Below, piece after piece: positions 30,141 through 44,047 of a stretch of 64,000 nucleotides of DNA. Origin of the DNA: the human T2T-CHM13v2.0 reference genome, Homo sapiens. The translations under genes and the position numbers were made by a program. Where the stretch lies: the NCBI RefSeq assembly GCF_009914755.1, contig NC_060938.1; one strand, given 5' to 3'. The notes beneath the pieces were generated by a model, which was not told the DNA's origin, searched no databases, and worked only from the letters and a program-made list of their open reading frames with translations. The stretch's first letter is position 1. Each line of letters starts with the position of its first letter.

Positions 30141-31030
30141 GCCTTAAGTTCATAGAATTCAGAGAAGGATAAAGATCATGACTATCCATATGACATCTCT
30201 TGGTTCATATTAACTAACTAGAGTGACATTTCTAGACTGTGGACTCCAATTATCACTAGATCAGTGTTATTTCCATGAATATGAATGTAGGTCTGTTGAA
30301 GACTATAGCTAATGTATGAATTACAAAACCAAGTTTACTCAAAGTATACAATTTTATAAAGACAAGTGAGATGCGACATGGGAGCTAAAAGCAGAAAGCA
30401 AGATATTTAGATGTCACGAGAAATGTCACTTGTACTCACAGTGTATTTCTTGCTTCCTCTAGAATATGCAGTCAAGGTTAGAATGTGATGGGGCTAGTCA
30501 GTGTCTCAAAATATTGATTCCTGCTACTTAAACACAGCTGCCTTTGCAACTTATGGGCCTTGTAAAAGCATTTCTAGAAATGTGGGTTTCTGCCACAGCA
30601 AGCCATGGGTAATGACAGTCACATTAGAGAACAGTCATCTCTGCCAGAAAGCTCTGGAAGTTCAGGAGGGAAACTACAGCAGTCTCTTTCACTGCAAACT
30701 TTACTGCATCACTTATCCAGACCAGTTTTATATCTGCTGGATCACAGCTCCTTCAAAACCCTGGGGCTGATTTGATATGGAAACACAATTTCTTAAGGTA
30801 GTAGTAGGAAGACAGTATCTCCAAGCTTCACTCAAATTTGAACTTGAAAGAGGTTGTGAGGAGCCCCTCTGTCATCCAAGGAATTCGGACTAAGGCATCT
30901 CACTGCCAACAAACAGTAACCTCCCAAAGATGGTCAATTCTTCTTTGACCTACAAAGACAGAGCGTACATCTCTGAGCTCATGATTTGCAGGGGAACCTA
31001 GTGACATGAACATGTATTGCTTAAGAGTAG

Positions 31031-31451
31031 AACCATCCCAAATGTCCAACAATGATAGACTGGATTAAGAAAATGTGGCACGTATACACCATGGAATACT
31101 ATGCAGCCATAAAAAATGATGACTTCATGTCCTTTGTAGGGACATGGATGAAGCTGGAAACCATCATTCTCAGCAAACTATCACAAGGACAAAAAACCAA
31201 ACACCGTATGTTCTCACTCATAGGTGGGAATTGAACAATGAGAACACATGGACACAGGAAGGGGACCATCACACACTGGGGACTGTTGTGGGGTGGGGGG
31301 AGGGGGGAGGGATAGCATCAGGAGATATACCTAATGCTAAATGATGAGTTAATGGGTGCAGCACACCAACAAGGCACATGCATACATATGTAACAAACCT
31401 GCACGTTGTGCACATGTACCCTAAAACTTAAAGTATAATAATAAAAAAAAA
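31031..31451 (+). mobile_element. L1PA4/5-like 3' end
   Basis: ORF2 C-terminus (ORF 31052-31234), G-rich 3'UTR, ctaaaacttaaagtataata and A-tail; no TSD found. Confidence 0.9.
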
Positions 31452-32665
31452 CTAAAAATTTTTGCACATCAAAAGACAATCAAGAAAGGCAAAAGATAAC
31501 CCACAGATGGGAGAACATATTTATAAGTAATGTATCTTGATAAGTGTCTTGTAGCCGGTTGAATGGTACCCATCAAAAAGATATGTCCATGTCCTCACTT
31601 TCTAAACTGTGAATGTGACCTTGTTGAGAAAAATGATATTTGCAGATGTAATTAAGAATCTTTAGGTGATCATCCTGGAGAACTTGAGAGGGCTCTAAAT
31701 CCAATGACAAGTGTCCTTATAAGAGAAAGAAGAGAAGACAATAATACAGAGAAGAAGGTCATGTACAGCTGGTGGCAGAAGTTGAATTTATGCAACCACA
31801 AGCCAAGGAATATCTGGACTCGCCAGAAGCTTCACGTGGCAAGGAAGAACTTTTCCAAGAACCTTTGAAGGGAGCCTGGCCCTGTCAACACCAGACTTCT
31901 AGCCTCCAGAAATGGGAAATAAGGAATTTCTGTTGTTTAAAGCCGCCAAGTTTGTGGCAATTTGTTATGGCACCCCTAGAAAACCAGCACAGGCTAATAT
32001 GTAGACTATATAAAGAACCCTTACAATTCAACAATAAAAAGACAACCCATGAAAAATGAGCCAAATGTTTGAATAGAGATTTCTCTGAAAAAGATATACA
32101 AATTGCCAACTAAGAAGCACATGAAGAGATGTTCAACATCATTAGTCATATGGGAAACTTATATAAAAACCACAATGAGATGCCACTTTATATCCACTAA
32201 TCGGCCATAATTAAAAATAAGAAATAATAAAATAAAATAAGTATTGGTGAGAGTGTGAAGAAATAGGAGTGCTACCTTACCTGCTGCAGGTAAGAATGTA
32301 ACATTCTGCAGCCACTAAGGAAAACAGATTGGCAGTTCCTCATTTTTAAACATAAAGTTACTATATGATCCAGCAGTTCAACTAGTATGTATATACCCAA
32401 GAGAATTGAAAACAGGTGCTCAAAAAATTGTTCACATAAATATTTTTAGAACTATTCACAATAGCCAAAGGTAGAACATCAGCTGATAATTGGATAAACA
32501 AAAAGTGGTATATTCATATGATATAATACTATTAAGTCATAAAAAAATGAATGAAGTTCTGACACGCTACAATATGGATGAATCGTCAAAAGATTATGCT
32601 AAGTGAAAGAAACAAGACATGAAAAAGGCCACATATGATTCTATTTATGTAAAATGTCCAGGCAG
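31452..32665 (+). mobile_element. L1MB-like fragment interrupted by MLT1
   Basis: Diverged ORF2 end and 3'UTR motifs (aaaaccacaatgagatgccac, tatgctaagtgaaagaa). Confidence 0.7.
31550..31991 (+). mobile_element. MLT1 (MLT1C-like) MaLR solo LTR
   Basis: tgtagccggttgaatggt...ctaaatccaatgacaagtgtccttataagaga...gtttgtggcaatttgttatggca...ca. Confidence 0.85.
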
Positions 32666-32888
32666 AAAATGGACTAGTAGTATCACTCCACCTATTGAAG
32701 GATCTTGGTTGTTTCCAAGATCCAGTAATTATGAATGATGGATCATTCAAAATTGAATGATTTACACATTTGTATGCAGGTTTTTCTGTTGACACAAGTA
32801 TTCAGCTCATTTAGGTGAATACCAAGGGGCATAACTGCTGGATCTTATTGTAAGAATATGTTTGGTTTAATGAGAAACTGCTGAACTG

Positions 32889-33226
32889 TCTTCCAAAGTG
32901 GTTGTACCATTTTGCATTTCCATCAGTAGCAAATGAGAGTTCTTATTGCTCTACATCCTTGCCAGCATTTGGTGCTGTCACTGTTATGTTCTGGCTGTTC
33001 TAATAGGTATGTAGTGGCATCTCTTAATTTGCAATCTGCTAATGATTTATATCTTCCAAAGTGGTTGTACCATTGTGCATTTCCATTTGTAGTGAATGAG
33101 AGTTTCTATTGTTCCACAACCTTGCCAGCATTTGGCTCTGTCACTCTTATGTGTTTTCATGTGTTTTGGCTATTCTAATAGATATGTAGTGGTATCTCTT
33201 AATTTGCAATTTCCAAATGATTTATG
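32889..33226 (-). repeat. ~165-bp tandem duplication inside an old antisense L1M (32670-33340)
   Basis: Units start tcttccaaagtggttgtaccatt at 32889 and 33052; both end ctcttaatttgcaat...aatgatttat. Confidence 0.88.
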
Positions 33227-33342
33227 TTGTTGAGCATCTTCTCATATCCTTATTTACTATCTATATGTCTTCTTTAGTGAGTATTCTAGTCAGGTCAGGT
33301 CACTCATTTTCTCATTGTTGAGTTTTAGGAGGTTTAAGAGTT

Positions 33343-34440
33343 GTTTGCAAAAATTTTCTCCAATTCTGAAAGTTACATGTTTACTCTGCTCATAGTTTCT
33401 TTTGCTGTGTAGAAGTTCTTTAGTTTAATTAGATCCCATTTGTCAATTTTTGCTTTTGTTGCAATTGCTTTTGGCATCTCCATCATGAAATCTTTACCCG
33501 TTTCAATGTCCAGAATGGTATTACCTAGGTTGTCTTTCAGAGTTTTTATAGTTTTCGGTTTCAAAGTTTTAATATCCAGTATCTATAAGGAAATTAAACA
33601 AATTTAGAAGAAGAAGGGCAAACAAACCCATTAAAAATGAGCAAAGGACATGAACAGACACTTCTCAAAAGAAGACATACATGCGGCCAACAAGCATATG
33701 GGGAAAAAAAAAACCTCTACATCGCTGATCATTAGAGATATGCAAATCAAAATCACAATGAGTTACCATCTCACACCAGTCAGAATGGCTATCACTAAAA
33801 AGTCAAAAAATCACAGATGCTGGTGAGGATACAGAGAAAAAGGAACACTTATACGATGTTAGTGGGAGTGTAAATTAGTTCAACCATTGTGGAAAGCAGT
33901 CTGGAGATTCCTCAAAGACCTAAAAACAGAAATACCATTTCACTCAGCAATCCCATTACTGGGTATACATCCAAAGAAATGTAAATAATTCTATCATAAA
34001 GACACATGCACACTTATGTTCATTGCAACCTAATGCCTATCAACGGTAGACTGCAGAAAGAAAATATGGTACATATACACCATGAAATACTATGCAGGCA
34101 TAAAAAAAAACAAAATCATATCCTTTTTAGGAACATGGATGGTGCTGGAGGCCATTATTCTTAGCAACCTAACAAAGGAACAGAAAATCAAATACTGCAT
34201 GTTCTCACTTATAAGTGGGAGCTAAATGATGAGAAGACAGGGATACATATAGGGAAACAACAAATGCTGAGATCTCCTGGGGTGTGGAGAGTGGGAGAGG
34301 GAGAGGATCTGGAAAAATAACTAATGGGTTTTAGGCTCAATACCTGGTACTAATTTGTACAACAAACCTTCATGTCAGGGGTTTACCTATATAGCAGACC
34401 TGCACATGTACCCAGGAACTTGTAATAAAATTTTTTTTAA
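33343..34440 (+). mobile_element. L1PA (about PA11-13) with 5' inversion (antisense 33343-33562, sense ~33563-34440)
   Basis: Strand switch at ggtttc|aaagttttaatatccag; approximate TSD taagagtt/taaaagtt. Confidence 0.85.
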
Positions 34441-35073
34441 AAGTTCATTGTATATAGTTCAATAGATATGTCTTTTTCAAATGTTATCTATTATAAATTT
34501 AAACCATTTGTAAATGGCATTGTGCTTTTAATTTCAAATTCTTCTTGTTTATTGCAGATATATAAGAAAGTGATGGACTATTGAATATTAACATTGTATC
34601 CTGCAACCTTACCATAATCACATATTACTTCCAGGAGTTTCCCACGTTTTTATTATCATTCAGGTTACAAATATTTCACTCCCATTGTGATTACTTCATT
34701 TTCTCATAGTGCTTTTTAGGGTGGAATATATATTCTCCAAACATTTGGTTATATTTTACTTAACTATGTTACTGGGTTCCAAATGAATCTTACAATGATC
34801 TGGAAACATTCACTGTATGATGTTGATTCTTTAAAACTTGCTTTTCTTAATCAGAATAGTATCTGTTTTGTTAAATGCTCTATGTACCTTTGCAAAAGAA
34901 TGCATATTCTGAAGTTATTTCATGTGTGATTTTCTTTTAAAAATATATCAATTGATGTTAATCAACCATGTTGTATAAGACCCCTATAATCTTACTGATA
35001 TTTTTATCTGATTGTTTTCTTACTCAGAGCAGTGAATTAATATCCACAGAGATTTTATTTTTATTTATCCTGC

Positions 35074-35862
35074 TGTATTAGTTTGTTCTCATGCTGCTCT
35101 GAAGAAATACCCAAGACTGGGTAGTTCATAAAAGAAAGAGGTTTAATTGACTCACAGTTCAGCATGGCTGGGGAAGCCTAAGGAAACTTACAATCATTGC
35201 TGAAGGCAAAGGAGAAACAAGCACCTTCTTCACAGGGTGGCAGGATGGAGTGAGGGCAAGCAGGGAAAATGCCAGATGCTTATAAAACCATCAGATCTCA
35301 TGAGGCTCACTTACTATCATGAGAACAGCATGGGGGAAACTGCCCCCCATGATTCAATTACCCCCACCTGGTCCTACCCTTGACACATGGGGATTACAAT
35401 TCAAGGTGAGATTTGGGTGGGGACACAGAGTCAAACCATATCATTGCATCCCTGGCCACGCCCAAATCTCATGTACTCACATTTCAAAACACAATCATGC
35501 TGTTTCAACAGTTCCTCAAAGTCTTAACTCTTTCCAGCATTAACCCAAAAGTCTAAGCCCAAAGTCTCATTTCAGACAAGACAAGTCCCTTCTGCCTGTG
35601 AGCCTGTAAAATCAAAAGCAAGTTACTTCCTAGATACAATGGGGATACAGGCATTGAATAAATACAGCCATTCCAAATGGGAGAAATGGGAGAAATTGGC
35701 CAAAACAAAGGGGCTAGAGGCCCCATACAAGTCCAAAATCCAATAGGGCAGTCATTAAACCTTAAAGTTCCAAAATATATCTCCTTTGACTTCATGTCTC
35801 ACATCCAGGTCACAGTGATGCAACAGGTGGGCTCCCAAAGCCTTGAGCACATCTGCCCCTGT
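35074..35862 (-). mobile_element. THE1D-like LTR (35074-35443) plus adjacent internal segment, truncated
   Basis: tgtattagtttgttctc...ggggacacagagtcaaaccatatca followed by THE1-int (cccaaatctcatgt...gtccaaaatccaatagggcag); no second LTR. Confidence 0.88.
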
Positions 35863-35864
35863 TT

Positions 35865-37133
35865 TCTTTTTTTTGTTTTGTTGATCCTCTGTACTATTTT
35901 TTGGACTGCATTTTATTTAGCACTGCTCTGATCTTTGTAATTTCTTTCCTTCTACTAATGTTGCACTTGCTTTGTTCTTGTTTTTCCAATTCCTTGAGGT
36001 ATGACAGGTTATTAATTTGTAATTTTTCTACACTTTTATATAAGCATTTAATGCTATAAGTCCCTCTTACCACTGCTTTTGCTGTATCCAACAGGCTTTG
36101 GTATATTGTGTTTCCATTTTTATTGGTTTTATAATTTTAAAAACATCTCTGTCTTAATTTTTTTCATTGACCCAATTCAGGAGCATGTTGCCTAATCTTT
36201 CATGTATTTGTTTAGTTTCCAAAGTTTCTCTTAGTATTGACTTCTAGTTTCATTCAACCGTGATTGAATAAAATATTAAGAACATACTTTGATATTATTT
36301 AATATTTTAAAATTTGTTGAGACTTGTTTTGTGACCCAACACATGGTCTATCTTGGAGAATGTTCCATGTGCTGATGAGATGTATATTTTGCAGTTGTTG
36401 GATAGAATGTTCTGTAAAAGTAGTTAAGCTTATTTGGTCTAATGTCCAATTTAAGTCCAATACTTCCTTGTTGATTTTCTGTCTCAATTATCTGTCTAGT
36501 GCTATGAGCAGGGCATTGAAGTCCCCCACTATTAGTGTATTACTGTCTATGTCTTCCTTTGGGTCTAGTAATATTTGTTTTATAAATCTGGGTTCTCCAA
36601 TGTCGGGTACATATATATTTAGGACTGTTATATCTTCTTATTGAATTGATCCCTTTTTCACTATATAATGACCTGTAGTCTGTAGTGTTGCCAACTTGAT
36701 TCTTTTCTCTTTCTTTCTCCATTGTGTGATTTTTCTATAAGACCTGAGGGTTTTATACTCTGTGTTCTCATGATGAAAAGTATTGTGCTTTTGTTTCCAA
36801 GTTTAGAACTTCTTCAACAATTTCCTGTAGGTCCAGTCTAGTGACAGATTCCTTCACCATTTGCCTGACTGGGAAATAATTTATTTCTCCTTCATTTATG
36901 AAGCTTGATCTTGTTGTATATAGAATTCTTGGCTAGCATGTTTTTTTTTCCTTTCAGCACTTTAGTTATGCCATCTCATTCTCTTCTGACCTGTAAGGTT
37001 TCTGCTGAAAAAATTGTTGTTGGTCTAAAGTGGCTTCCTTCTTAAGTGACAAGAAGCTTTTCTATTGCTGATTTTATAATTCTTTCTTTCATTTTGAGTT
37101 TAGACAGTCTAATGATTATATCGCATGGTGACA

Positions 37134-37164
<31 letters not shown>

Positions 37165-39100
37165 ATGTATTCACTGGGGTTTGTTGGTACTCTGGGATCT
37201 GGATGTCTAAATCTCTTGCTAGACTTAGGAAGTTTTCATCTATTATTTTATAAACTGTATTTTCTAAGGCTTCATATCTTTCTTCCTCCTAAAGAATACC
37301 AGTAATTTGTACATTAGATTACTTTATGTAGTCCCAAATGTCTCAAAGGCTTTGTTTATTCTTTTTCTTCATTTTTTATCTAACTAGATTATTTCAAGAG
37401 ACCTATCTTTGTGTTCTAAAATTATTTATTCTGCTTAGTCTAGCCTATTGTTGAAGGTTTCAAGTGTATTTTGTATGTCCTTCAATGAAGTTTTTAGTGC
37501 TAAAATATCCTTTTTTAATATTTATCTTTTTAAATTTCTCATTCATTTCCTAAATACATTTTCTGATTTCTTTGTATTGGTTTTCAGATTTATCTTACAT
37601 CTCACTGAGTTTATTTAAAATCAATATTTTGAATTCTTGATATGGTATTTCTAGAATTTCTCTTTGGCTAGAATCTATTGCTGGAGAATTATTGTGTTCC
37701 TTTGAGCGTGTCATATAACCTTGCTTTTTAAAGTTTCCTGCATCTTTACATTGATTTTTGCACATCTGGAGTGATAGTCACTTCTTATTTTCAAATTTAC
37801 TTTCACTGGGGAGGGTCCTTTTACTCAAAGACATGACTATGATGTTGCTTGGTTAGGGGCATTTGGTTTAGCTTCTTGGTACATACAGTAGTGAATATTC
37901 TGTATAATTTCTTTGGCTATAAATAGCATTAGTGGTATGTGTGCTTTCCTTGGCTTAATATGGTGCAGTGATTTGCGGGGCTGTGGTGAAGGTGTGCTGG
38001 GGAGGGGAATGCCAGATGGCCCTATCTTCAGATTTCAATGGTAAAGGTGTTGGGCTAAGTGGGTCTATTCTTGTAATCTAGAACAGTGTTTCCTCATGTC
38101 TGCTTGGCAGTTGCAGGCAGGCTGATTCTTGAGCCTCTGGACGGCTTTCTTGAATGCCAGTTGCAGTAGCAGCTTATTGGGTGGGTGAGTGGGCTCTGGA
38201 CTTCCTTGGCAGCCAATGTGGCATGGGCAATGGCAGTAGCAGTGGACACAAGATGCTCTTCAAGTTCTTGAGTTCTGTGTTCTTGTGTTAGCAGTGGTTG
38301 CAATGGGTTGTATGGACTGGCCTCCAGGCCAGTAGGTGACACTTTCAGTTAAAAGTCAGCTGTACGGTATTGGTAGGACTTTGATGTCCTACCTCTGTTC
38401 CCCAAGAAAGGTGCTTCAGTGTCCCGGGTAGCATACTGGGGTGTGGAACACCCAGGAATCTGAATCCCACAATCTGTCTCAAGGGTGGGTGGGGCAGTGC
38501 TGGGATTGGGGTTCCCATTTCAAGTGCCAGCAGCTGGAGACCACGCCATGCTCACTTCTCAGGCTGAGTTATGAAAGCTCATTCCCTTCTCAAGCCCTGA
38601 TTCTGCAATCAACACCTGTTTTCCCTGTTGGCTAGGAATGAGATAAATGCTTCCAGGATCCTGCACAGTTTGTTAAGAGCTAGGGTCAAGAATGGCATCT
38701 TATGGTAGCCACTTAGGTTGCAAAAAGGTCATGTGACACTTCCTAAAGCAGTTTCTTCTTATAATCTCCTGGTTGCTCCCTAAGTTAGATTCGGGATTTG
38801 GGAGGGTCAAAATGCTCTCCCACGGCTAGATTGCATGATTACCTGGTAAGAAAATAGACCACAGAAGGCACTCACTCACTCTTTCACTTATTGGGATTTA
38901 CTCCAGCATAAACAGCTGGAGTCTTACGCCTGCTACGTGGTTGCTTGTTTTCTGTTTCCTAGATTTTAAAGTTTCAATTTCCTGTTGATCTCCCATGTTC
39001 CTCCTTGAATAATGTATTAAAAATATGATTGTCTGCAACCTATTTTGGTTCATTTAAGTGGATGAGGCATGCTGGAAATGCTTCTAGTCAGCATTTTGTG
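35865..39100 (-). mobile_element. Old L1 5' half (endonuclease region, ORF1 region, 5'UTR)
   Basis: Antisense EN-like peptides (ORFs 35894-36091, 36299-36487), ORF1-like T-rich region and GC-richer 5'UTR; (GT)n at ~37137-37164. Confidence 0.75.
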
Positions 39101-39829
39101 GGGAAAATTTTAAAACACAAGTTGTATATTTCTTAGAAATTTATCCATTTCTTCTGGACTCTCCAATTGGTTGGAATGTAACTGCACATAGCAGTCTCTC
39201 ATGAGCCTTTGTATTTCTGTAGTATAAGTTGTAACGTTGCCTCTTTTGACTATAATTATATTTTTCAGAGTCATCTTGTTTTTCTTAGGTAGTGTAGCCA
39301 AAGGTTTCTCAACTTTGTTCATTTTTTTCAAAAAATCAACTCTTAATTTCATTTATTTTTTCTATTTTTTTCTTTTTTTCTATTTTTTCTTTCTAGTCTG
39401 TATTTCATTTAAATTAGCTTTCTACTAGTTTTAGGCACAGTGTGCTCTTTTTCTAGTTTCTTTGGGTATAATGTCAGGTTGTCTATTTGTATTCATATTT
39501 TTCCTAATGTAGTCATTTACTACTATACTTCTCTCTGACCCCAAACTTTATGTTATTGATGTCACAATTTACCTCTTTTTTAAATTGTGCAACCATTAAC
39601 ATATTGTGTAACTATAGTTATTTTTAATTATTTTATCTCTTAATTTATATACTATTGTCAAAATAGTTGTTTATCTGCATTACAATATTAGAGTCATCTG
39701 AAGTTGATTACATACTTACCTTTACCAGTGAGTTTCATACTTTAATGCTAATGTTACTAATTAGCATCCTTTGTTTAACTTTCTTATAAACAGAATCAAG
39801 TAGTGATAAACTTCCTCATATTATAAAAA

Positions 39830-40560
39830 AAATAATCAAACACTTCAATATACCTCCCTCATTAATTAATAGAAGTGGTAATCAAAAATTTATCAGACTT
39901 GTAGTTGACCTGAAGAACACTATGAACCAATTAGAAGTTAGTGACATTATAAAACACTTTCACAAATAAACATTGGAATACTCCTTCTTTTCAAGTTTAT
40001 CAAGTTAGACCATATTCTGGGTCATAAAACAGGTGTCAACAAATTTAAAAGTATTTAAGTGACATAGAGTTCTGTACACAAACATAACAGTTTTATTTGT
40101 AGTAGCCAAAGATTGGAAACCACCCAAATGTCCCTCAGAGGATGAATCAATAACTCAATTGTAGTATATACATATGGAATACTACTGAGCAATAAAAGGA
40201 ATGCACCATTCTAACACACAACAATATGATAAATATCAAAATAAGTATGCTGATTAAAAGAAGACAGAAAAAATAAGAGTACATAATACTAGATTTTACA
40301 TGCTACAAAACTACAAAACATGCAAACTTGCAAACTAATAATTAGAACACATTTTAGTGTTTGGGAAGAAAGATGTGTGGAGGGATTATTAAAAGGGGTT
40401 ATCAAGGAACAAGAGGATACTTTGGGGACTGAGGCATATCTCTATCTTGATTGCAATGATATTTTAATAGTTATATACATGTCAAAACATATTAAATTGC
40501 ACACATTAAATATGGATAGTTTATTATATGTCAATTGGACTTCAAGAATGTTGTCTTAAA
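39830..40560 (+). mobile_element. Old L1M fragment with EN-to-3'-end deletion junction, paralogous to 1-660
   Basis: tactccttcttttcaag...tagaccatattctggg...aagtgacatagag|ttctgtacacaaac...tttgtagtagccaaa. Confidence 0.75.
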
Positions 40561-40623
40561 ATCTAAGAGGGCAAAATAAATGTATTTTAAACTGACATCT
40601 ATTTTCTTGTTTAAAGATCTAAA

Positions 40624-40932
40624 TAGCGGTCCCCAACCTTTTAGGCAACAGGGACCAATTTCATGGAAGACAACTTTTCCACAGAATGGGAGTGAGGGTT
40701 GGTTTTGGGATGAAACAGTTTCACCTCAGATCATCAGGTGTTAGATTTTCATAAGGAGCACACAACCTAGATCCCTAGAATGTGAGGTTTACAATAGGGT
40801 TCATGCTTCTATGAGAATCTGACAGGAGGTGGAGCTCAGGCAGTAGTGCTTACTCTCCCAGTGGCTCACCTCTTGCTGTGTGGCCAGCCACAGAATAGCA
40901 CCTGCCTGTGGCCCAGGGGTTAGGGACCCCTA
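40624..40932 (+). mobile_element. MER1B (hAT-Charlie)
   Basis: TIRs (t)agcggtccccaacc / ggttagggacccct(a); 8-bp TSD gatctaaa/gatgtaaa. Confidence 0.9.
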
Positions 40933-41250
40933 GATGTAAAGATATCAATAATTTGACATTCAGTGCATAACTGTCAGAAACTCAAGCAACCATAGAACAT
41001 ATGGAAACACATCAGTCATCTGACCAAGATTATCTGCCTATTTAGAAAACATTTACATACAGTAGGGCATTCCATCCCTATAATAATTGTTTGTTGGTGG
41101 TCATGCATTACATTAGTGGGAATACAAATTCTGTTGCAACTGAAACAAAATCTTACTTGAATCTCATGGCATAGCTAGGGTTACATATAAGATTGTACAA
41201 CACATTGCCTTAGTGCATATAGGTCAAATGAAGAATTTTTTTAAACTTTA

Positions 41251-41612
41251 CTACTTTTTTCATTTTTAATTATTATGAATACATAACAGTTGTATGTATT
41301 TATGAGATACATGTGATATTTTTATATAACTATACTGTATGTAATCAAGCATTTATCATTTCTTTGTGTTAGGAGCATTCTAATTCCATTTTTTAGTTAC
41401 GTGCAACTACATGGATGAAACTAGAAGACTTTATGTTAAATGAAATAAGCCAGGCAAAGAAAGATAAACATCACATTATGGCTAACATGTTGAAGCTTAA
41501 AAAAAAAAAAAAACTTATGGAGATAGAGAGTTAAATAATGAAAACCAGAAGAGTTTTGGGAAGAGTGGTGGAGATGGGAGGATAAAGAGGAGGGAGATGG
41601 TTAATGGGTATA
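41251..41612 (-). mobile_element. Short L1MA with 5' inversion
   Basis: Antisense 3' end to ~41400, then sense gcaactacatggatgaaac...ggttaatgggtat; aacttta on both flanks. Confidence 0.65.
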
Positions 41613-42120
41613 ACTTTAAAAGTCTTTGAAATGACAAAAGTTTCCTAGGTAGCAGAGTGTAGGAATCACCTATAGTCCCAACCAAGACAAAGTTTTAACC
41701 ATTTATTAATATTCTGCAATAATTTGCTGCTAATTTTTTTCTCCAGCAAATTCTTATCTTTAGAATTAAAGAAAATTTAGTCACAATCCATGTTCACTGA
41801 ATATTAAAAATACTATTATAAACCATTGAAAAACAATTATACACATCAGTTTTAATAACTCAATATTCCAGAGTAGGGATGGTGTAATTTTTGGCGATTT
41901 CAATAATGAGATACATTGTTGTTTTTTTTTTTCCTCCTCATAAATCCCTTTTATTAACAAGAGGACAAAGCACACCTTCTGCATAAAGCTTTGCCCACAA
42001 TTAGGACAGGTAATTTGAAGCAGACCTTTGTGGCCAGATACAAAAGAGTGCATATTGGGTAATTCCTCTCATTTGAAGGTCAAAATAGGCAAACGAAATC
42101 TTTGTTCTTGAATATCTACA

Positions 42121-42400
42121 CTGGGTGTGGTGGCTCATGCCTGCAATCCTAGTACTTTGGGAGGCCAAGGCAAGCAAATCACCTGAAGTCAGGAGTTCAA
42201 GACCAGCATGGCCAACATGGTGAAACCCCCTGTCTACTAAAAATACAAAAATGTAGCTGGGCATGGTGGCACACGCCTGTACTTCCAGCTACTCAGGAGG
42301 CTGAGGCAGGAGAATGGCATGAACCCCCGAGGCGGAGCTTGCAGTGAGTGGAGATTGCGCCTCTTCACTCCAGCCTGGGCGACAGAGAGAGACTCCGTCT

Positions 42401-42439
<39 letters not shown>
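42121..42439 (+). mobile_element. Chimeric Alu (AluSx-like left arm, AluY-like right arm) with 38-nt pure poly(A)
   Basis: cacctgaagtcaggagttcaagaccagc versus gaatggcatgaaccc...ggagcttgcag; no TSD. Confidence 0.85.
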
Positions 42440-42447
<8 letters not shown>

Positions 42448-42564
42448 ATTAATGTAAGGGTAGTAAACTAAATAAGGAATACATTTTTGTGACAATTGAC
42501 AGCAGATTAGAATGACTATAGTTGACAACAATGCATTGTACATTCCAAATTAGAAGAGAGGACT

Positions 42565-42850
42565 AGAGATAGAATCTTGCTCTGTTGCCGAGGCTGGAGT
42601 GCAATGGTGTAATCCTAGCTCACTTCAGCCTCCAATTCCTGGACCCAAGTGACCCTCTAGCCTCAGCCTCCTGAGTAGCTGAGACTACAGACATGTACCA
42701 CCACACCTGTCTAATTTTTGTATTTTTTATAGAGGTGGGGTTTTGCCATGGTGCCCAGGCTGGCCTCTTAACTCCTTGGCTCCAGCAATCCACATGCCAC
42801 AAGCCTGCCAAAGTGCTGAGACTATAGGCATGAGTCATCACACTGAGTGA
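42565..42850 (-). mobile_element. AluJ lacking a poly(A) tail
   Basis: gagatagaatcttgctctgttgcc...aaagtgctgagactataggcatgag. Confidence 0.85.
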
Positions 42851-43751
42851 GCCATAAGATATTTTTTGAACTCATGTGAAAGCACAGTTAAAAGCCCCAC
42901 AATGGCAGGATCTGCAACAGTGAGAATTCAGATATAACACAACTGACAACTGGCTTCCACCCTCTGCAAGAGGTCAAGCCCAGAGACAGTAACAATTTTT
43001 CAACAATGTAAAATTGTGTTTCCTATGATTAAAATTTTTGGACCCCACATATAACCTAAAGACAGGTTATATAGCTTAAAGCAACATATAAGCTATAAGT
43101 CCCTTAATATATAAACTAGTGCCAGGCATGGTGCTGCATGCTTGTAATCCTAGCACTTTGAAAGGCCAAGTTGAGTGGATTACTTGAGCCCATTAGTTGA
43201 TTTTTGAAAAAGGTTTTATGGCAAGTAAGCGGGGAAGGAATGGTCTTTTCAACAGATGCTGCTGGTACATCACATGCAAAATGATGACTTTAAACTCTTA
43301 CCTCACAATATGTGCAAAAAATAACTCACAATGGATCTTACTCCTAAACAAGAGATAAAACTATAAATTTCAGGAAGAAAATCTAAGTCTAAACCTTTGT
43401 GACCTTAGGTTGGACAAAGATTCTTTAGATACAACACCAAGAGCGTAGTAATAAAAGAAAACTTGAAAAACTGAATTTCACCAAAGCAAAAGCTTTTGAG
43501 CTATAAAAGACATCACCAAGAAAATGAAACAACTAGCCAGACAGAAACAATATGTGCAGAATCGTATTTCTGATAAAAGACTTGTATCCAGAACATATCA
43601 AGAACTCCTATAACTCATAAAAGAAGAAAAACATAATTTTTAAATGGGCAGACACTTACATAGACATGTCACCAAAAAAAAATAAAAAGTAAAACAAAAT
43701 AAAATCTTCATGCATTTGGGTTACGCAATGGTTTCTTAAATATGAAGTCAA

Positions 43752-44047
<296 letters not shown>

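Noticed and set aside
31289-31311. G-quadruplex-like tract
   Set aside because: Ordinary feature of L1PA 3'UTRs.
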